Shown here one piece after another: positions 1-13,860 of a DNA stretch of 64,000 bases. The notes under the pieces were generated by a model. That model was not told where the DNA came from and did no database searches. It saw nothing but the letters and a program-made list of their open reading frames with translations. Every line of letters starts with the position of its first letter. Positions within the stretch are counted from its first letter, which is position 1. The translations under genes and the position numbers were made by a program. The stretch is from Octopus bimaculoides (lineage: Eukaryota): positions 22,035,425 through 22,099,424 of the forward strand of contig NC_068985.1 in NCBI RefSeq assembly GCF_001194135.2. The letters run 5' to 3'.

Positions 1-1084
1 GATTTGATATAGAAAATAGCTATTGATTAAAGCCACGAAAGTCAAGTTATTTCAATAGACTATTTAGTCGAAATATCCAGAAAATAAAAGGTCTGATGGG
101 AATAAGATTTTAAACAATGAAGACAATTTTGGAAATGAAATTATATATTTGTTGCAATACAGTAGTTTATTCAGACTTCCATTTATACAGTCTTTGTTCT
201 GCATTAAATTATGCATTTCACACACACAGACACACACACACAAACAAACAAATAAATAAACAAACAAACAAATAAACACACATACATACACACACAAACA
301 AACAAATAAACAAACACACACACACAAAGAAATACACTGACACTCACATTTATTTTGACATTGCTAATATATTCAATACAGACTGAATTCAGAAGCTTTT
401 ATTCTATCTATAAGGTCACTACAGTGTCAAAAACTGACAAACACACACACATAACAGTTGTGCATTGAATACAAGTAGCAAGAAGAATATAAAAAATATG
501 AACCATATATGAAAATGAAACAGAAATTCACACACATACGAAGCATTCACATAGGAACCAGAGAGAGAGAGAAATCTATCAATGTGAATACATTGAGTGA
601 AACAGTAATAGTTTATCCTTTTATATTGTATGGAAAAGAAAATTAAGACACGAGAATTAAATTCATACATTGGACCAGACATGTTCATCAGGGAAAGGTC
701 AACTTCCCAAAACAGTTCAGTGTATATTAGTAAAAAAAAAAGAAAGAAAAAAATGAAAAATCTATACATATAAATGACCCTTGTCATTAACTCATGTTTA
801 TTATCTGCATTTCTTGTCACTTTCACAGAAAAGAAAAGGAAACAAATAACAAAACAAAAAACTTTGCATTCTTAATGTATCCAAATTAATCATACATGTT
901 TGTTTCATGAATATTTTGTGATATGACACCTTGATCAATTATTGTAACTGTTAAGGGTATGTTACTGTCTATTCCCATATGATGCACCACAAAACACACA
1001 TGCATTCACACACACACACATACGCGCACACACATATGAAGATATACACAAAGATATGTATTATATTTCATTCCATTCCAACTA

Positions 1085-1325
1085 CTTTGCCCATTATTCC
1101 TGGGAGTGTTGGAGGAGTAGAGTCCTGTCACATCTCCTCTATAGGGTCCTGACAGAATCAACTGTCATTAGATTTTCTGGATGGATTCCCAAGTGTGATC
1201 AGCTGGGACTACAGATATTATCCAACCATCTCATTCTTGATCTACCCTTAAGTCTTTTGCTGGTTGGCTTGGCTTGAAGAATCTGTCTTGTGATTCTTTC
1301 CTGTGACATTCTAATCACATATGTA
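1085..1325 (-). mobile_element. Decayed RTE-like LINE 3' fragment
   Basis: Minus frame reads RLKGRSRMRWLDNI...HLGIHPENL, similar to the RTE C-terminal RGRP..RW.D motif. Confidence 0.6.
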
Positions 1326-4300
1326 TTATATACATACATGTAATGTACTCAGAAATACTGATATCTGTGAAATTACAAGTTCTTGTTAAGCATTTTATTC
1401 AAAATGTACCCCACTATTACCAGACATGGGAAAACCACACACACACACATGTATATATGTAGTATTAACACTTTGACTCAGAATTGCATTAAAGTTTTTC
1501 GAAAGTGAGAGCAGCATTCCAGATTGTTTGGATACCTGCTTGTGGTAATCAGAGCCTTTACAGTTTGTCATTTGGTGAAGAGTAAGGCTTATTCTTGTTT
1601 TCATTGGCTGGTCCTAGTTCGACTGTCTTTGAACAGAGGTCTGATTATTTAGTGCTGACCTGGGGGCTAAACAACAAAAGAAAAAGAACCAATGAGGAAA
1701 CCTCAATGCAATTGCTCAGCTTATTAGCAGCCCAACTCCCTCATATTATCCCCTACTCTCTTGAGAGAGAGAGAGAGAGGACACATTGGATAATGTAATT
1801 TTGGATGCACACTGTCTGGAGTAAAAACTAGTCATATTTCTGCTCAATTAGAGATTAGTTTGCTCTATACAACAACAAAAGTAGAAGTAAATGTCAATTG
1901 TATATGTTGAAGAATCAGACATTTGCATGCCATGATACGGTGTAAGGTGAACAATAAGTTCATTGTATACCATCTACATCTTGTGAATAAAATAATCTAA
2001 AATGTATAGTGATTCTAAACTCCAGACTTTTGATGGCTTGTTAATAACTCTGAAATAGGAAACTATGGGCGATAAATTCCATTACTGAAAATAACTATTT
2101 CAACTAACCACCATTATTTATAAATTTGCTTCAAATCCACAAACTGTATAGTGGAGAATGAAAGGAAATATTCTCTCAGTAAAAAAAGATCCCTTACTCA
2201 AGAAGATATGAAATAATTTTGGTCTAAAAAATCTAGAGTGAAGCTAAAGATTTCAGTCATAAGACATTATAATTTAATACAATGAGAAAGAATACTATAC
2301 CATCAAAAGTAAAAATACACTATCAACTTCAAAACGACTGTGAAAAGTTGCGGGAAAACTGCATAATAAAAATGCACTAGGAAGAGATTAAATAGTTATA
2401 TATAGGTACAATAAATTAAATTCTACTTTACAAGTAGCAGTAGAAAACTACTCACCTGCAGGAAAACTATGGATGTAACTGATATACAAAACTAGTATAT
2501 TAATAAGATACATCTTGGTTATAATAAAAAACACTCACTCAGCAGAGAATTATATTATATAAGTTCTTTCATACAATTTGTATTAATCAATTCCTTTAGG
2601 GTCACTGCAACTCTGGCAGGTGGGAATAAGCAGTACAGATATCTACTGAACAATTTTTAATTAATAAATCTCTCCAGTCTCAAGTAATAATATGCCAACC
2701 AATAACTTATAAAATGGCTTGATTAGAAAATGGTATTTAACTATATTCCTCAGTCATGACCATTGGAACCATTACACTTGGCAAAAGTGCTTTCTGCTCT
2801 AGTTACTGCCTCTGAAAGCCACTCACCTTTGTAGCTAAAGGCTTAACAATTGCCTCCAATACTCTGTCTTTCAAAAAGACAATTCCAAGGAGACTTTTCT
2901 CTATGTACTATTTACTGTTCATGAATTCACACAGAATGACATAAACATATCTAAGAATAACATACACACACACACACACACACATGCATAGATATACATT
3001 GATGTACATATAAACACACAAAATATACGAATCTGTATAAGCTAGTCATTATAAAATAGATGAATATCATTATTCTTTGATACGTGATCATCAGTCATAT
3101 GAATGAAGTTGGTTCATTTCTTGTTAAAAACTGCCACCAAGCAAGGGAAAAAATAACATGTTATTAAAAAAACAAAGAAAAAACACACAGAGAGAAATAG
3201 AAATATTGAATACACACGAGCAGGGACAGATGATCAATAGACCCAGAAAATAGAAATAACATTAGAAAGTCATTTGTGTCAGTTCTGTCAAAAAGAACTA
3301 AGATATCCAATTTATGTTGAAAGCAGTCTAGAATATTTAGGAATGCCAAATAGCTAGATATAATCTCACCATTGCAGTTCATGCTTGTAGATGCAGTTTT
3401 TCTTAAATTGCATAAAATTGACTAACATTTCCTATTTGTACAAAGGAAATTATTCCTTACTCACTGACAGCAATATACAGCAGTCATGAAAATTGAAAGA
3501 TGAGGTGTTGCATACAGCTAGCTTATTAGCTGGTATGTCAATAACATATTTCATATCTTTAAGTATTTCTTGAATTCTTTTCCAAGGTACTATATAATAT
3601 TGTGGAGAGAAGAAGAGTATATATGAAAAAAAACAAAACTGTAAAATATCTATAACACTCCAACCACAGTTCCAGAAACTTTTAAGAGCCAACTGAAGAC
3701 AGGAGACATTTCTCATTGACTGCAAAATTTATTGAGCTACAGAAATGACTGTCAAATGTAACTAAGATTTATGAGAGTGTCATAAGAAGGTGGGTGGTTT
3801 TGTGTCTAACAATATAACAATGGCAGTTGCAACATAATGGTGGCAACAATAATTGTTTTCACACAAGAAGCCCCCTTGTCAATAGTAAATGAATTTGTTT
3901 TGTATTGGGTGATCTGTACTGTAAATATTCATTGTGAGGGTCAGTTGAGGAAGGAGACATATAAAACCAAAGTAATAAATCTTTTAAGACAGTTATGTAA
4001 TTTAAAAGCTACATCAAGAAAGGATATCTAAAAGTTATGTTAATGTTTTGTCTCCTCTAAACTGTTTCAAGATAAACTGAAAAAAGATTATTTAAGACTT
4101 ATGTTAAAATTTAGAGAGTATGTTATGAATTCTTTTAAAAATGTAAAATTTTAGGAGCACTTTAGGAATTTTAGATCACAAAATAAAACCAAAAGGAAAA
4201 AAGATGCATAGACGCACGTTGCTAATTTTAAGATATGCTCTAACATGAATGGAGAATATTTGATAAGTACTATCAAAAGTATATATAGTGTTTCTACATA

Positions 4301-5591
4301 TAATATAGACTCATGGTAAGATTTTGTGCACCTAAGATAACTTTATTAAAAGCTACTTTAGCATAAACATTTAAATTCTAAACCATGAAATGATATTTCG
4401 AACATGTTTGTGCAAATAGATTTCAATTGAACAAAGTTGAAAAATGTTTTGATCTATTCTCTTTATAAGCTGGAAATTTACATACTATAGCAATTAGGAC
4501 ATACTGGTACATGTAAGGTGAGTATATAGACAACAACTAGCAAACATAAGCAAATATCAACAAAATAAACACAGTTAAAAATTAAGACTGATTTATTCTA
4601 GTCAGAAAATAGAAATCTTTTAAAAGTATTTTCAATACTTTCATACTGAATACCCATTCAATTTAAACATACTTTGCCTGAAACCTCCTTAATTATATGT
4701 TCCTAGCAAATTCAGAAAACTGAGATGGTGAAAATTTGAAATAGCAGTTGTGAAGTTACTGTTTAGCAGCTCTATAAACTAGCAAAATTTCAGGGTAGAG
4801 AACACGGTTCTTACCATAAACAATCTATGGATATTTTCTTTTCTTTTCTAGTTTTACTTTTTACATAATGTTCACCATTGTTTTGTGAATAGAAACGAAG
4901 AAGTAACAACAAGGATCAAATCATTTAGCATTCAATTACAAGGTTGCCATTGTTGTTTACCTCTAAAATCCACTCTGGGAAGTAAGCTCTACATTGTGAA
5001 AAGGACTCCAACTATAAATTAATTGTAAAGATTTAACAAACTAAACCGATTGACCAAATCACAAAAGAAGTTTAAATAGAAACTGAGATGTACAATCTGA
5101 CCCAACAACAGATTGCAGTTTAGCATTATCATAAATAGGGAAGGAAGTGTTATCTCCTGCTTATTTCAGAAGAATGTCAATTTTGTAAAGAGTGAGCACA
5201 ATTGATTGAATTTACTACAATGTATCACTGGCATTTGGTTTATTGGCTTGAGAGGGGTGAAACTCAACCCACACTCCAAGCAGGATTTAAATGGTCAAAT
5301 GCAAGTGATAAAAATAAATACAACAGGCAAATTATTCACCTCAATTCTACTGCTGACATCTCCACCAGAATGCAATAAATGAGATGCCATTAATAATACA
5401 ATAGGCTACATCTCCAAAACATTGCAATTGAAATGGTAACATATCAGCCATAACACATTGCAGTTGCAATAGATGGTGCATTTTCTAGCAAAACACAATG
5501 ACCGACAACAAATGAGCTACAATCTGGCTGGTTACTTCACCACTACACTCCAGTAGGCTACATATCCACTGCAATTCAATAGGTGATATCT

Positions 5592-5646
<55 letters not shown>
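5592..5646. repeat. (CTA)n microsatellite
   Basis: Direct reading. Confidence 0.95.
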
Positions 5647-6116
5647 ACAAAACCCTATTTCTCTATTACTGTTACACAATACTTAAAATCTCCCCCCTAA
5701 ACAGAGTACCATATCCACCTTCTTACTCTTATCAACTACATGAGCTTCGCACACCTTCTCAAATCATACACACAACTTCATAAACCAGTGACACCAAACT
5801 AACATTCTCCCTTCATTCTCCAGACATGGTTACTCTTAGTTCTATGACACTCTCCTCGAACCTTCATTCCAAAACAACAGACTTAAAGCAGCACCTAACT
5901 GTTCCACTGTATTTCTCTTTTTATTAGCAACAACAGGTAACATCAAATACAACCATCACACTTGGAAACATAAACATAGGCACAGGATGGCTGTGTGGTT
6001 AGGAAGCATACAGTGCAACCATGTAGTGTCAGGTTCAGTCCTACTATAACCCCAGGCTGACCAATGCCTTGCATATGAATTTGACAGATGGAAACTGTGA
6101 GGAACACTTGCATGTA

Positions 6117-6319
6117 TACTCTTTTACTCTTTTACTTGTTTCTGCCATTTGACTGTGGCCATGCTGGAGCACTGCCTTTAGTCGAGCAAATTGTCCCCAG
6201 GACTTATTCTTTGTAAGCCTAGTACTTATTCTATTGGTCTCTTTTGCCAAAGCGCTAAGTTATGGGGACGTAAACACAACAGCATCGGTTGTCAAGCAAT
6301 GTTGGGGGAACAAACACAG

Positions 6320-6361
<42 letters not shown>

Positions 6362-6525
6362 GACGGGCTTCTTTCAGTTTTCATCTACCAAATCCACTCA
6401 CAAGGCTTTGGTCAGCCCGAGGCTATAGTTGAAGACACTTGCCCAAGGTGCCACGTAGTGGGACTGAACCCAGAACCATGTGGTTCCTAAGCAAGCTACT
6501 TACTACACAGCCACTCCTATGCCTA
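6117..6525 (-). mobile_element. SINE family A, full copy
   Basis: Same sequence. Further full or partial copies at ~7599-7972, 12720-13085, 19552-19960, 23170-23330, 38020-38130, 38545-38695 (all minus) and ~45035-45475, 56525-56700 (plus). Confidence 0.9.
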
Positions 6526-8374
6526 TGTGTCTGAGTCTTTGTGTGTGTGTCCTGCACTATGTGACATTCAGTGTTGGTTTGTTTATAGCCTTGTAACTTA
6601 ACAGTTCAGCAAAAGAAGCCAACAGAATAAGTACTAGACTTAAAAATAAGTATTGTGGTTGATTTACTGAACTAAAACCCTTCAAGACAGTGCTCCAGAA
6701 TTGGAAAAGTCCTGTTACTGAAACAAGTAAAAGATATACCATACACACATTAGACAAAAATAATATTAGTTACATACAACATCTCTACAACATTCACAGC
6801 ACAAAGAAAAGTATGCAAAACAACATACATAGAGCACTCACAGTTACAAGAAACAAATAACAATGGTTGTACAAATGGTACATTGATTATGCCAGTGCTG
6901 TTGTATTTTGTTCTCTTAGGTTTAAAGCACCACAAAGAACATAAAACAGTGAATTTCACATTATCACAGGTTGTAATAGACAACCCCCTTAGACTTCTCA
7001 AACATGACCCCCCCCCAAAAAAAAAGCAACTAAAAACAAAAGACATTTGTGATACAGTTTGTTTTTGTTGTAAATTCCAATTATTACAATTTTTGGCAGT
7101 ATATAAAAAAAAAACTCTAGAAATATATACATCACTGAAGATAACAACAACATCATAAACCTAGCTGATTGATTGATTGACTGAATGATGAATCAAAGGT
7201 TAACCAATTGACAAATAAATAATAAAGAAGTGAAATAGAACCAGTGGATGTGTTTATTATTGGTACAATGACCCTCCCAAAGTACAACAAAGTTTGATTC
7301 AATACATGAGTTCACATCAAGAATCTTGGAAACCAAATTACAAAAATGAAATATTCTAAAGGCCCTATTTCTTCCACTCATCCTAGATAAACCATAAAAA
7401 CTGTATCAATAGATTCACTAACTCCAAGCACTGTACTGGAATGCACACCCCCAATGGCAAGTGCAGAGAAACAGTAAATGCTGCACTCTGATCAAGTTCA
7501 CCTTTACAACCCCTATTTGTGCCCCCATCAGAATCTACATGTGTACAGACAAGCCAACAAGAGAGCTTCTACAAGGTTACCTGACCCACAAAGATATCTT
7601 TTACTTGTTTCAGTCATTTGACTGAGGTCATACTGGGGTACTGCCCTGAAGAGTTTTTAGCCAAGTGGACCAGCCTGAGTATTTATTTTTCTTTTAAGCC
7701 TGGTACTTACTCTATCAGTCTCTTTTGCCAAACTGCTAAGTTACAGAACATAAACACACCAACACCAGTTGTCAAGCAGAGTGGGAGGACAAACACACAC
7801 ACACACACACACACACATTTGCACAACAGGTTTCTTTCAGTTTCCATCTACCAAATCCTCTGACAAGGCTTTGGTTGGCTCGAGGCTATAGTAGAAGACA
7901 CTTGCCCAAGGTGCCATGCAGAGGGACTGAACCTGGAACCAGGCGGTTGGGAAGCAAACATCTTACCATAAACGTAATTCAAGGGAAAGTCAGCTGCTAT
8001 TTTTAGCAACCAAATTTCCCTCAAATTCCATTCAAGTGTCTAATATAAAGGTCACACTGGACAATGTAGCCTCTCAACCATCATATACAATAAGTCAGTA
8101 CGGCCATGGTTGGAATGATGTAATCATAGGGCTGATTGATCAAGAATGACCCAGGGCTAAACAACTATAACAATTAGAAAAACAGAAATAGATCAGACAG
8201 CAAGGAGAATGCAACATGTTCATACTGCCAGGTTGCAAGAAGCCCAGTATATCCAGAACAGTAAATCTGATATTGTTGCCATGTTATTCAGCCAACTACC
8301 TCAGTGTCATGTATCTACTCAAGTGGAATTAAACTGAGGCTACACTACAACTCAAAATCTCCTCTTCATTACAA

Positions 8375-9130
8375 TAAGGGATGTCTCACATTATGTGATA
8401 CCCTCTCTACAATATGTGATGTTTAACCCATAATATGTAGGATATATAATGTCACTACAGCATGTGATGTCTATCCCATAATATGCAATGTGTTTTCACA
8501 ATATAAGCGAAATCGTCATGGCACCTGTGCCCAGCATCGCCTTCCTGGCACTTGTGCCGGATGGCATGTGTAAAGACATTCGAGTGAGATTGTTGCCAGT
8601 GCCGCCGAACTGGCTCCTGTGCAGGTGGCATGTAAAATACACCATTTTGAGCGTTGCCGTTGCCAGTACCGCCTGACTGGCCTTCGTGCCAGTGGCACGT
8701 AAAAGCACTCATTACACTCTCGGAGTGGCTAGCGTTAGGAAGGGCATCCAGCTGTAGAAACTCTGCCAAATCAGATTGGAGCCTGGTGTAGCCATCTGGT
8801 TTCACCAGTCCTCAGTCAAATCGTCCAACCCATGCTAGCATGGAAAGCAGAGGTTAAACGACGATGATGATGATGATGTGATGTCACTCTCACCTACAAC
8901 ATGCGATGTGTCTTCACTACAATACATAATGCCTCTCCCCCTACATTGTGACAACTTCACTGCAGTATGTGATATCTCTTTTATGATATGTGATATCATC
9001 ACTACAATATGCAATATGTCCCCACTATAGCCTATGAATGTCCCCACTCCAATACATGATTTCTCCATATAATGTCCTACACTACAATATGCGATGTCTC
9101 CACTTTAATATGCAATGTTTCCTATTTAAT
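8375..9130. repeat. Degenerate ~21-bp minisatellite (approx. ctacaatatgtgatgtctcca), split by a family C element
   Basis: Recurrent ctacaatatg(t/c)(g/a)atgt units on both sides of 8519-8877. Confidence 0.75.
8519..8877 (+). mobile_element. SINE-like family C (RTE-type tail, (GAT)n end)
   Basis: Internal repeated gtggcacgtaaaa modules, then ggcgttaggaagggcatccagctgtagaaa ... ccaacccatgctagcatggaaag. Copies at 50778-51110 and 53551-53750. Confidence 0.9.
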
Positions 9131-10140
9131 ATAATGGGAAATATCTGAAAGCTAAATTGCTTAACAGCTTTGAAGACGAGTAAATTAAATAAAAATATAA
9201 CCAAATTATTTTATAAAAATACAACAACACAACAATAAAATAGGAAAACTTTAAAAAAGCCAATTAAATTTGGTTTCAGTAGTTTTCCCCTCTTGTCTCC
9301 GTAATCTTTATTTAATCGGAAGAATATTTGGATTTTTCTATTAATAAAGAATCTTAAAAACAGTCTAAAGCTTTTGTTGATGTGCCTAAGGAAACAAAAA
9401 TTGTGAGTTTAACTCATTTTAACAGTGCAGTTTAAGGTGTTTTACATATAAAAAGTTAAAAAAAAGATGAATGCCAAACAAGAGAAAAATGAATGAGAAG
9501 AATGAGAAAAAACAAAAAGGAAAAGAAAAAAGAAATAGAATAAGACAAAATGAGAAGATGAAGAAAGAAGAAGGACAACAAAGAAACCAATAACTATGAT
9601 GATGATGATGATGACGATGATGATAAATACTACTACTACTACTACTACTAGAGATTGCTGAAGAAGCAAAGTACTCAGGGATGAATGCCCAGTTATTCTG
9701 TTCTTTGCTTGACAAGTTTCCTGTTCATTTAGGCCCTGCTCCTTTTGTGTTTTAACACATGGAGATAACATTTAAACTCCTCTCTTACCCTGGAGTTTGA
9801 ATCAAATTAGAAAAGAATTGAAAGATGAATGACAATAAAACTTTTGAAAAGAAACAGAAGCCCCTATTTTCACTAAATTTAATTAATTATTCAATTTGAA
9901 AATTCAAAAAGATTACTTTATAAGTGATTGGAAAGTGTGTGTCAGGGGGTTATTTCGCAATCTACAGAAAGATCCTAAAACACCCAACATGAAAAAGAAA
10001 GGATGTTTATGTGTAATGGTATGTGCTTGTTTGTGTGACTGTGTGTATTTGCAATATAGTAATTGTGTGTATATGTATGCACATGCACAAGTCAAGTGCA
10101 TTTAACAGTATACACTTACTACTGCTCACACACACATTGG

Positions 10141-10199
<59 letters not shown>
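10141..10199. repeat. (AT)n microsatellite
   Basis: Direct reading. Confidence 0.95.
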
Positions 10200-10202
<3 letters not shown>

Positions 10203-11686
10203 TATGCAACATAGCAATGGCATATACACACCATTTTCTCTGTGTGTCTATTGTATGTAGAAAGTAATTGTGGGTACACACTTATGTAGTGCCATAAAAG
10301 TGGCATTTACTAAATGTCTTCATGTGTTTCAATATATATCTGAAGATCAGTTACAGAGTGTATGTGATATTAACAATATCTGCATTCAGTTATGTGTAAG
10401 TGTTGTCATTGCTGTTTAGCTCCAGGCCTTCTGTTATAGAGCAGACCTATGATAAAAGGCAATCCAGTTCTGACCAACATTTCTTTAATATCAGGGACTA
10501 CATTGACTAATATATCCGTCTTTAAGACTGCAGGGTATAATTTGAGCAAGGTTTGGTTGTTATTTCTACTCGATTCAATAACCACATAGAAGCTCCCTGT
10601 TGGCTGTGTGTGTATGTGCATGCTTAAAATTTAGCAACTATGTGTCATATGCTTTGTTTTGTGTATGTCTAGGCAGTTCAATAATTGCATTTTCATATCT
10701 GAGTTATGAATGCATGTAGAAGAGTGAGTGTTTGTAAATGTACGGGTGCATTCATGTGTGTGTGCATTCACCCCTGTCTTCTAATGTTATTAACAGATTG
10801 AAATCTCACTCCCCTACATGATATCAAAGAGGCTTACATTCAATCAAATTTAACAAGCTTAATTCTTTTTTTTTTAAATAAACTGAAATAAAAGACTAAA
10901 CAAAATACAAAAGATATAAGTATAAAATAAAGATGTGAATTAGATACAAGAAAGAGACATTGACATAGTTGGATAAAAGGAGGGGAAGAAAGAGGTACAG
11001 AGAAATGTAACAGAAAATATTCAGGAAAGACAGGAAGATATCAGAGGAAAGATGCATGGAGATAATGAGAAAAACTAAGGATGAGAAAGAAAGAGATAGT
11101 AAGGAAAGACAAGCAAATACACACACACACACACACACACACATGCACTCAAAAAATCTGAAATAGGCTTAAAGCCTATAAATTAAAGTGAAGAAGAGAA
11201 ATGAGATTATGTGACATTCATGATTATGTCAGGGTATTCCCCGACACATGAGTAGTGTATAATAATGATAAACAAAAACAAAAATGCAAAAGTGATTTAA
11301 CCCACATGAGAAATTGAGTCCATGCGGTAAAACAAAATCAGATTACGTTTGTTTCTGATTTCTCTAAACTTATTTGTAATTTCTGCTGAATGTTTACATT
11401 AATTCCTGATAAGTCTATTGCTCAAGCCAGTAAGAGAGAGCTTCAGGCTGGTTTCTGGACATGCTAGAAATAGTAGCCAAATCTCCCTCACAATCACATT
11501 CTACTGTTTTATTAAAGTAAAAATAAAACACTAAGGATAATGTAATACTAGAGACAGTCGTTGAAAAAAAAGTAAAAAAAAAGGAAGAAGTGGTCATGGG
11601 TATAAATAAGGCTTTTAGTCATCTGATCTAGACTTACACAACAACAATAATGAATCTGTCACTTTTCTCTTCCAGAAAACAGTCAA

Positions 11687-11899
11687 CCCTTCGGATACCA
11701 ACGCCACTCAAAACCACCCTGCTTCTATGATATCCTGTTTTTAAATGATCTAAATTAAAACCTTCCATCAAAATTCTGTGTTAATTTACATTCCAGACAC
11801 CAGCATAATAATAAAGTTATTCTACTGAATTCTTCGTTATTTTAACAATTAATTGAAACAGCAACAGTGTATTTCAACAGAAATTTGGTAACAAAAGAG
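11687..11899. mobile_element. piggyBac-type MITE, older copy
   Basis: tcaa|cccttcggatacc ... ggtaacaaaagag|ttaa. Interior similar to 63606-63820. Confidence 0.75.
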
Positions 11900-13229
11900 T
11901 TAATCACCATAGAATTTATGAATCTATGGTCTTCCAAACTTTTCATTTAAATCATTCTTGCAGTTAATTTTCTCTATTTGGAAGAATTCTGCTAACTATG
12001 GTACTACACAGCTTTGTTCAACACCAATCTACATTAAGCTATTACAAAAATTGTTCAATATATTGCTTCTCCCAGGATACCAATTTATTACTATTTAAGA
12101 AATCATTTAATGTAATAACAGAATTAATAATGACCTAAAATGTCAATGCCAAGAAAGAATGCCAATAAAATATTCTAAAATGTACATAAAGCATATATAT
12201 TACTTGAGCATATGTAGATACCAATCCCATAAGGCCTAAAGTTGAACAGAAATGAGAGGAAACTATTTTGATGATCTAGTCAAGTACTAAGGTTGATTTA
12301 ATCGACTAACCTCTTACACCAAATTTGTGGTGTTGTGTCTATCTCAAAAATCAATGATCTAATAAAATGATTTTTTCCTATTGGCACAAAGTCACAAACA
12401 AATTTTTTGTGGAGGTGTATAATCAATTAAAACACCTCAGTGCATGCTGGGTACATAATTGAGTAAACTTAGCTGAAGGAAAAGCAAAGTTAGATTTTGA
12501 AGTTGAACGCAAGGACAAAACTGAATATTATGTTATTCGGTTCTACTATTTTTACCAACTTGCCATTTCTAAAACTGTGATGTATATTAGCTAGTTTGTC
12601 TTCGATTATTCTTTGCAGATAATTTTGCAGGATAAGAATGTGATATCAAAGGTTCTAAAGGAGATAATTCAAATAATTTTAAATGAAATAAATAATTCTA
12701 AAAAAAAGAATAATAGCTTTACTTTTTACTTGCTTTAGTCATTGGACTGTGGCCATGTGGAGTCACCACTTTGAAGGGTTTTAGTCAAAGAAATAGACTC
12801 TGATACTGATTTTATTTATTTTGGTAATTATTCTATTGAACTCTTTTGTTTACAGGGACATAAATAACCAACACCAGTTGTCAAACAGTGGTGGAGGTAC
12901 AAATACAGACACAAAGACACACACACACAAATATATATATGATGAGCTTCTGTACAGTTTCCATTTACTAAATCCCCTGAAAAAAAAGCATTAGTTGCCC
13001 AAGGTGTTGCAGTGGGACTGAAACTAAAGTCATGTTGTTGCAAAGTGAGTTTTGTAACCACACAGCAGCCATGCTTGCATCTATAATATGCCTAAATAAG
13101 TGCAAAAGACAAAAAAATGCATCTGGTCTTCACTTAATAACTAGAGGCTTTTCCAATAATTACAGAAAGAGAGCAAAGATAAAACAATCCAAGAAGAAAA
13201 TATTAAAATCATACGTATTAAAGTCATAT

Positions 13230-13692
13230 AGGCATAGATGTGGCCATGTGGTAAGAAGTTTGCTACCCAACCAAATGGTTTTGGGTTCAGTCCCATTGTA
13301 TGACACCTTGGACAAGTGCCTTTTACTATAGCTCTGGCTAAAGCCTTGTGGATGGATTTGGTAGACAGAAAATGAAAGAAACTTGTTGTATGTGTGTGTG
13401 TGCATGTGTGTGTGTGTGTGTGTGTGTGTGCGCATGTGTGCGTACGTGCGTGCACACAAGTGTGTTACTGTCTTATAGCCTTGACATTGCATGATAGTTG
13501 TAAATAGATGTTACTGTCATACAAGCAGTGTCCACCGTTTCCAATGTCTGGTCATGGGAAAATAATACCTTACTGGAGAGCGGGTAAGGGTTGGCAACAG
13601 GAAGAGTATCTGGCTGTAGAAAACCTGCCTTAAGAAATTCCAGTCAACCTATGCAAGCATGGGAAAGTGGATGCTCAAATGATGATGATAAA
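13230..13692 (+). mobile_element. Chimeric SINE: family A head with an RTE-type 3' tail
   Basis: Family-A head, a (TG)n stretch, then ggttggcaacaggaagagtatctggctgtagaaa...cctatgcaagcatgggaaag...gatgatgat. Similar layout at 18626-18920. Confidence 0.75.
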
Positions 13693-13817
13693 ATGTAAAT
13701 ACAAGAAGCCTTCTGCAAGTGTCTTCTACTATAGCCTTAGTTGATCGATATCTGTAAATAGAATTTGGTATGCAAATAGTGTGCAGAAGTTTGTTGTGTG
13801 TGCATATGTACATATAT

Positions 13818-13860
<43 letters not shown>

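Noticed and set aside
419-826. Longest non-gap ORF near the left edge (135 aa)
   Set aside because: Mostly antisense to A-rich low-complexity sequence (F/I/L bias), with no supported exon boundaries.
4491-4517. Plus-strand 27-nt micro-exon candidate (QLGHTGTCK) with AAG|gtgagt
   Set aside because: Isolated, with a weak acceptor and no partner exons.
10406-10621. Coding-looking ORF (GSFYVVIESSRNNNQTLLKLYP...)
   Set aside because: It is a copy of repeat family D, which recurs many times in the window.
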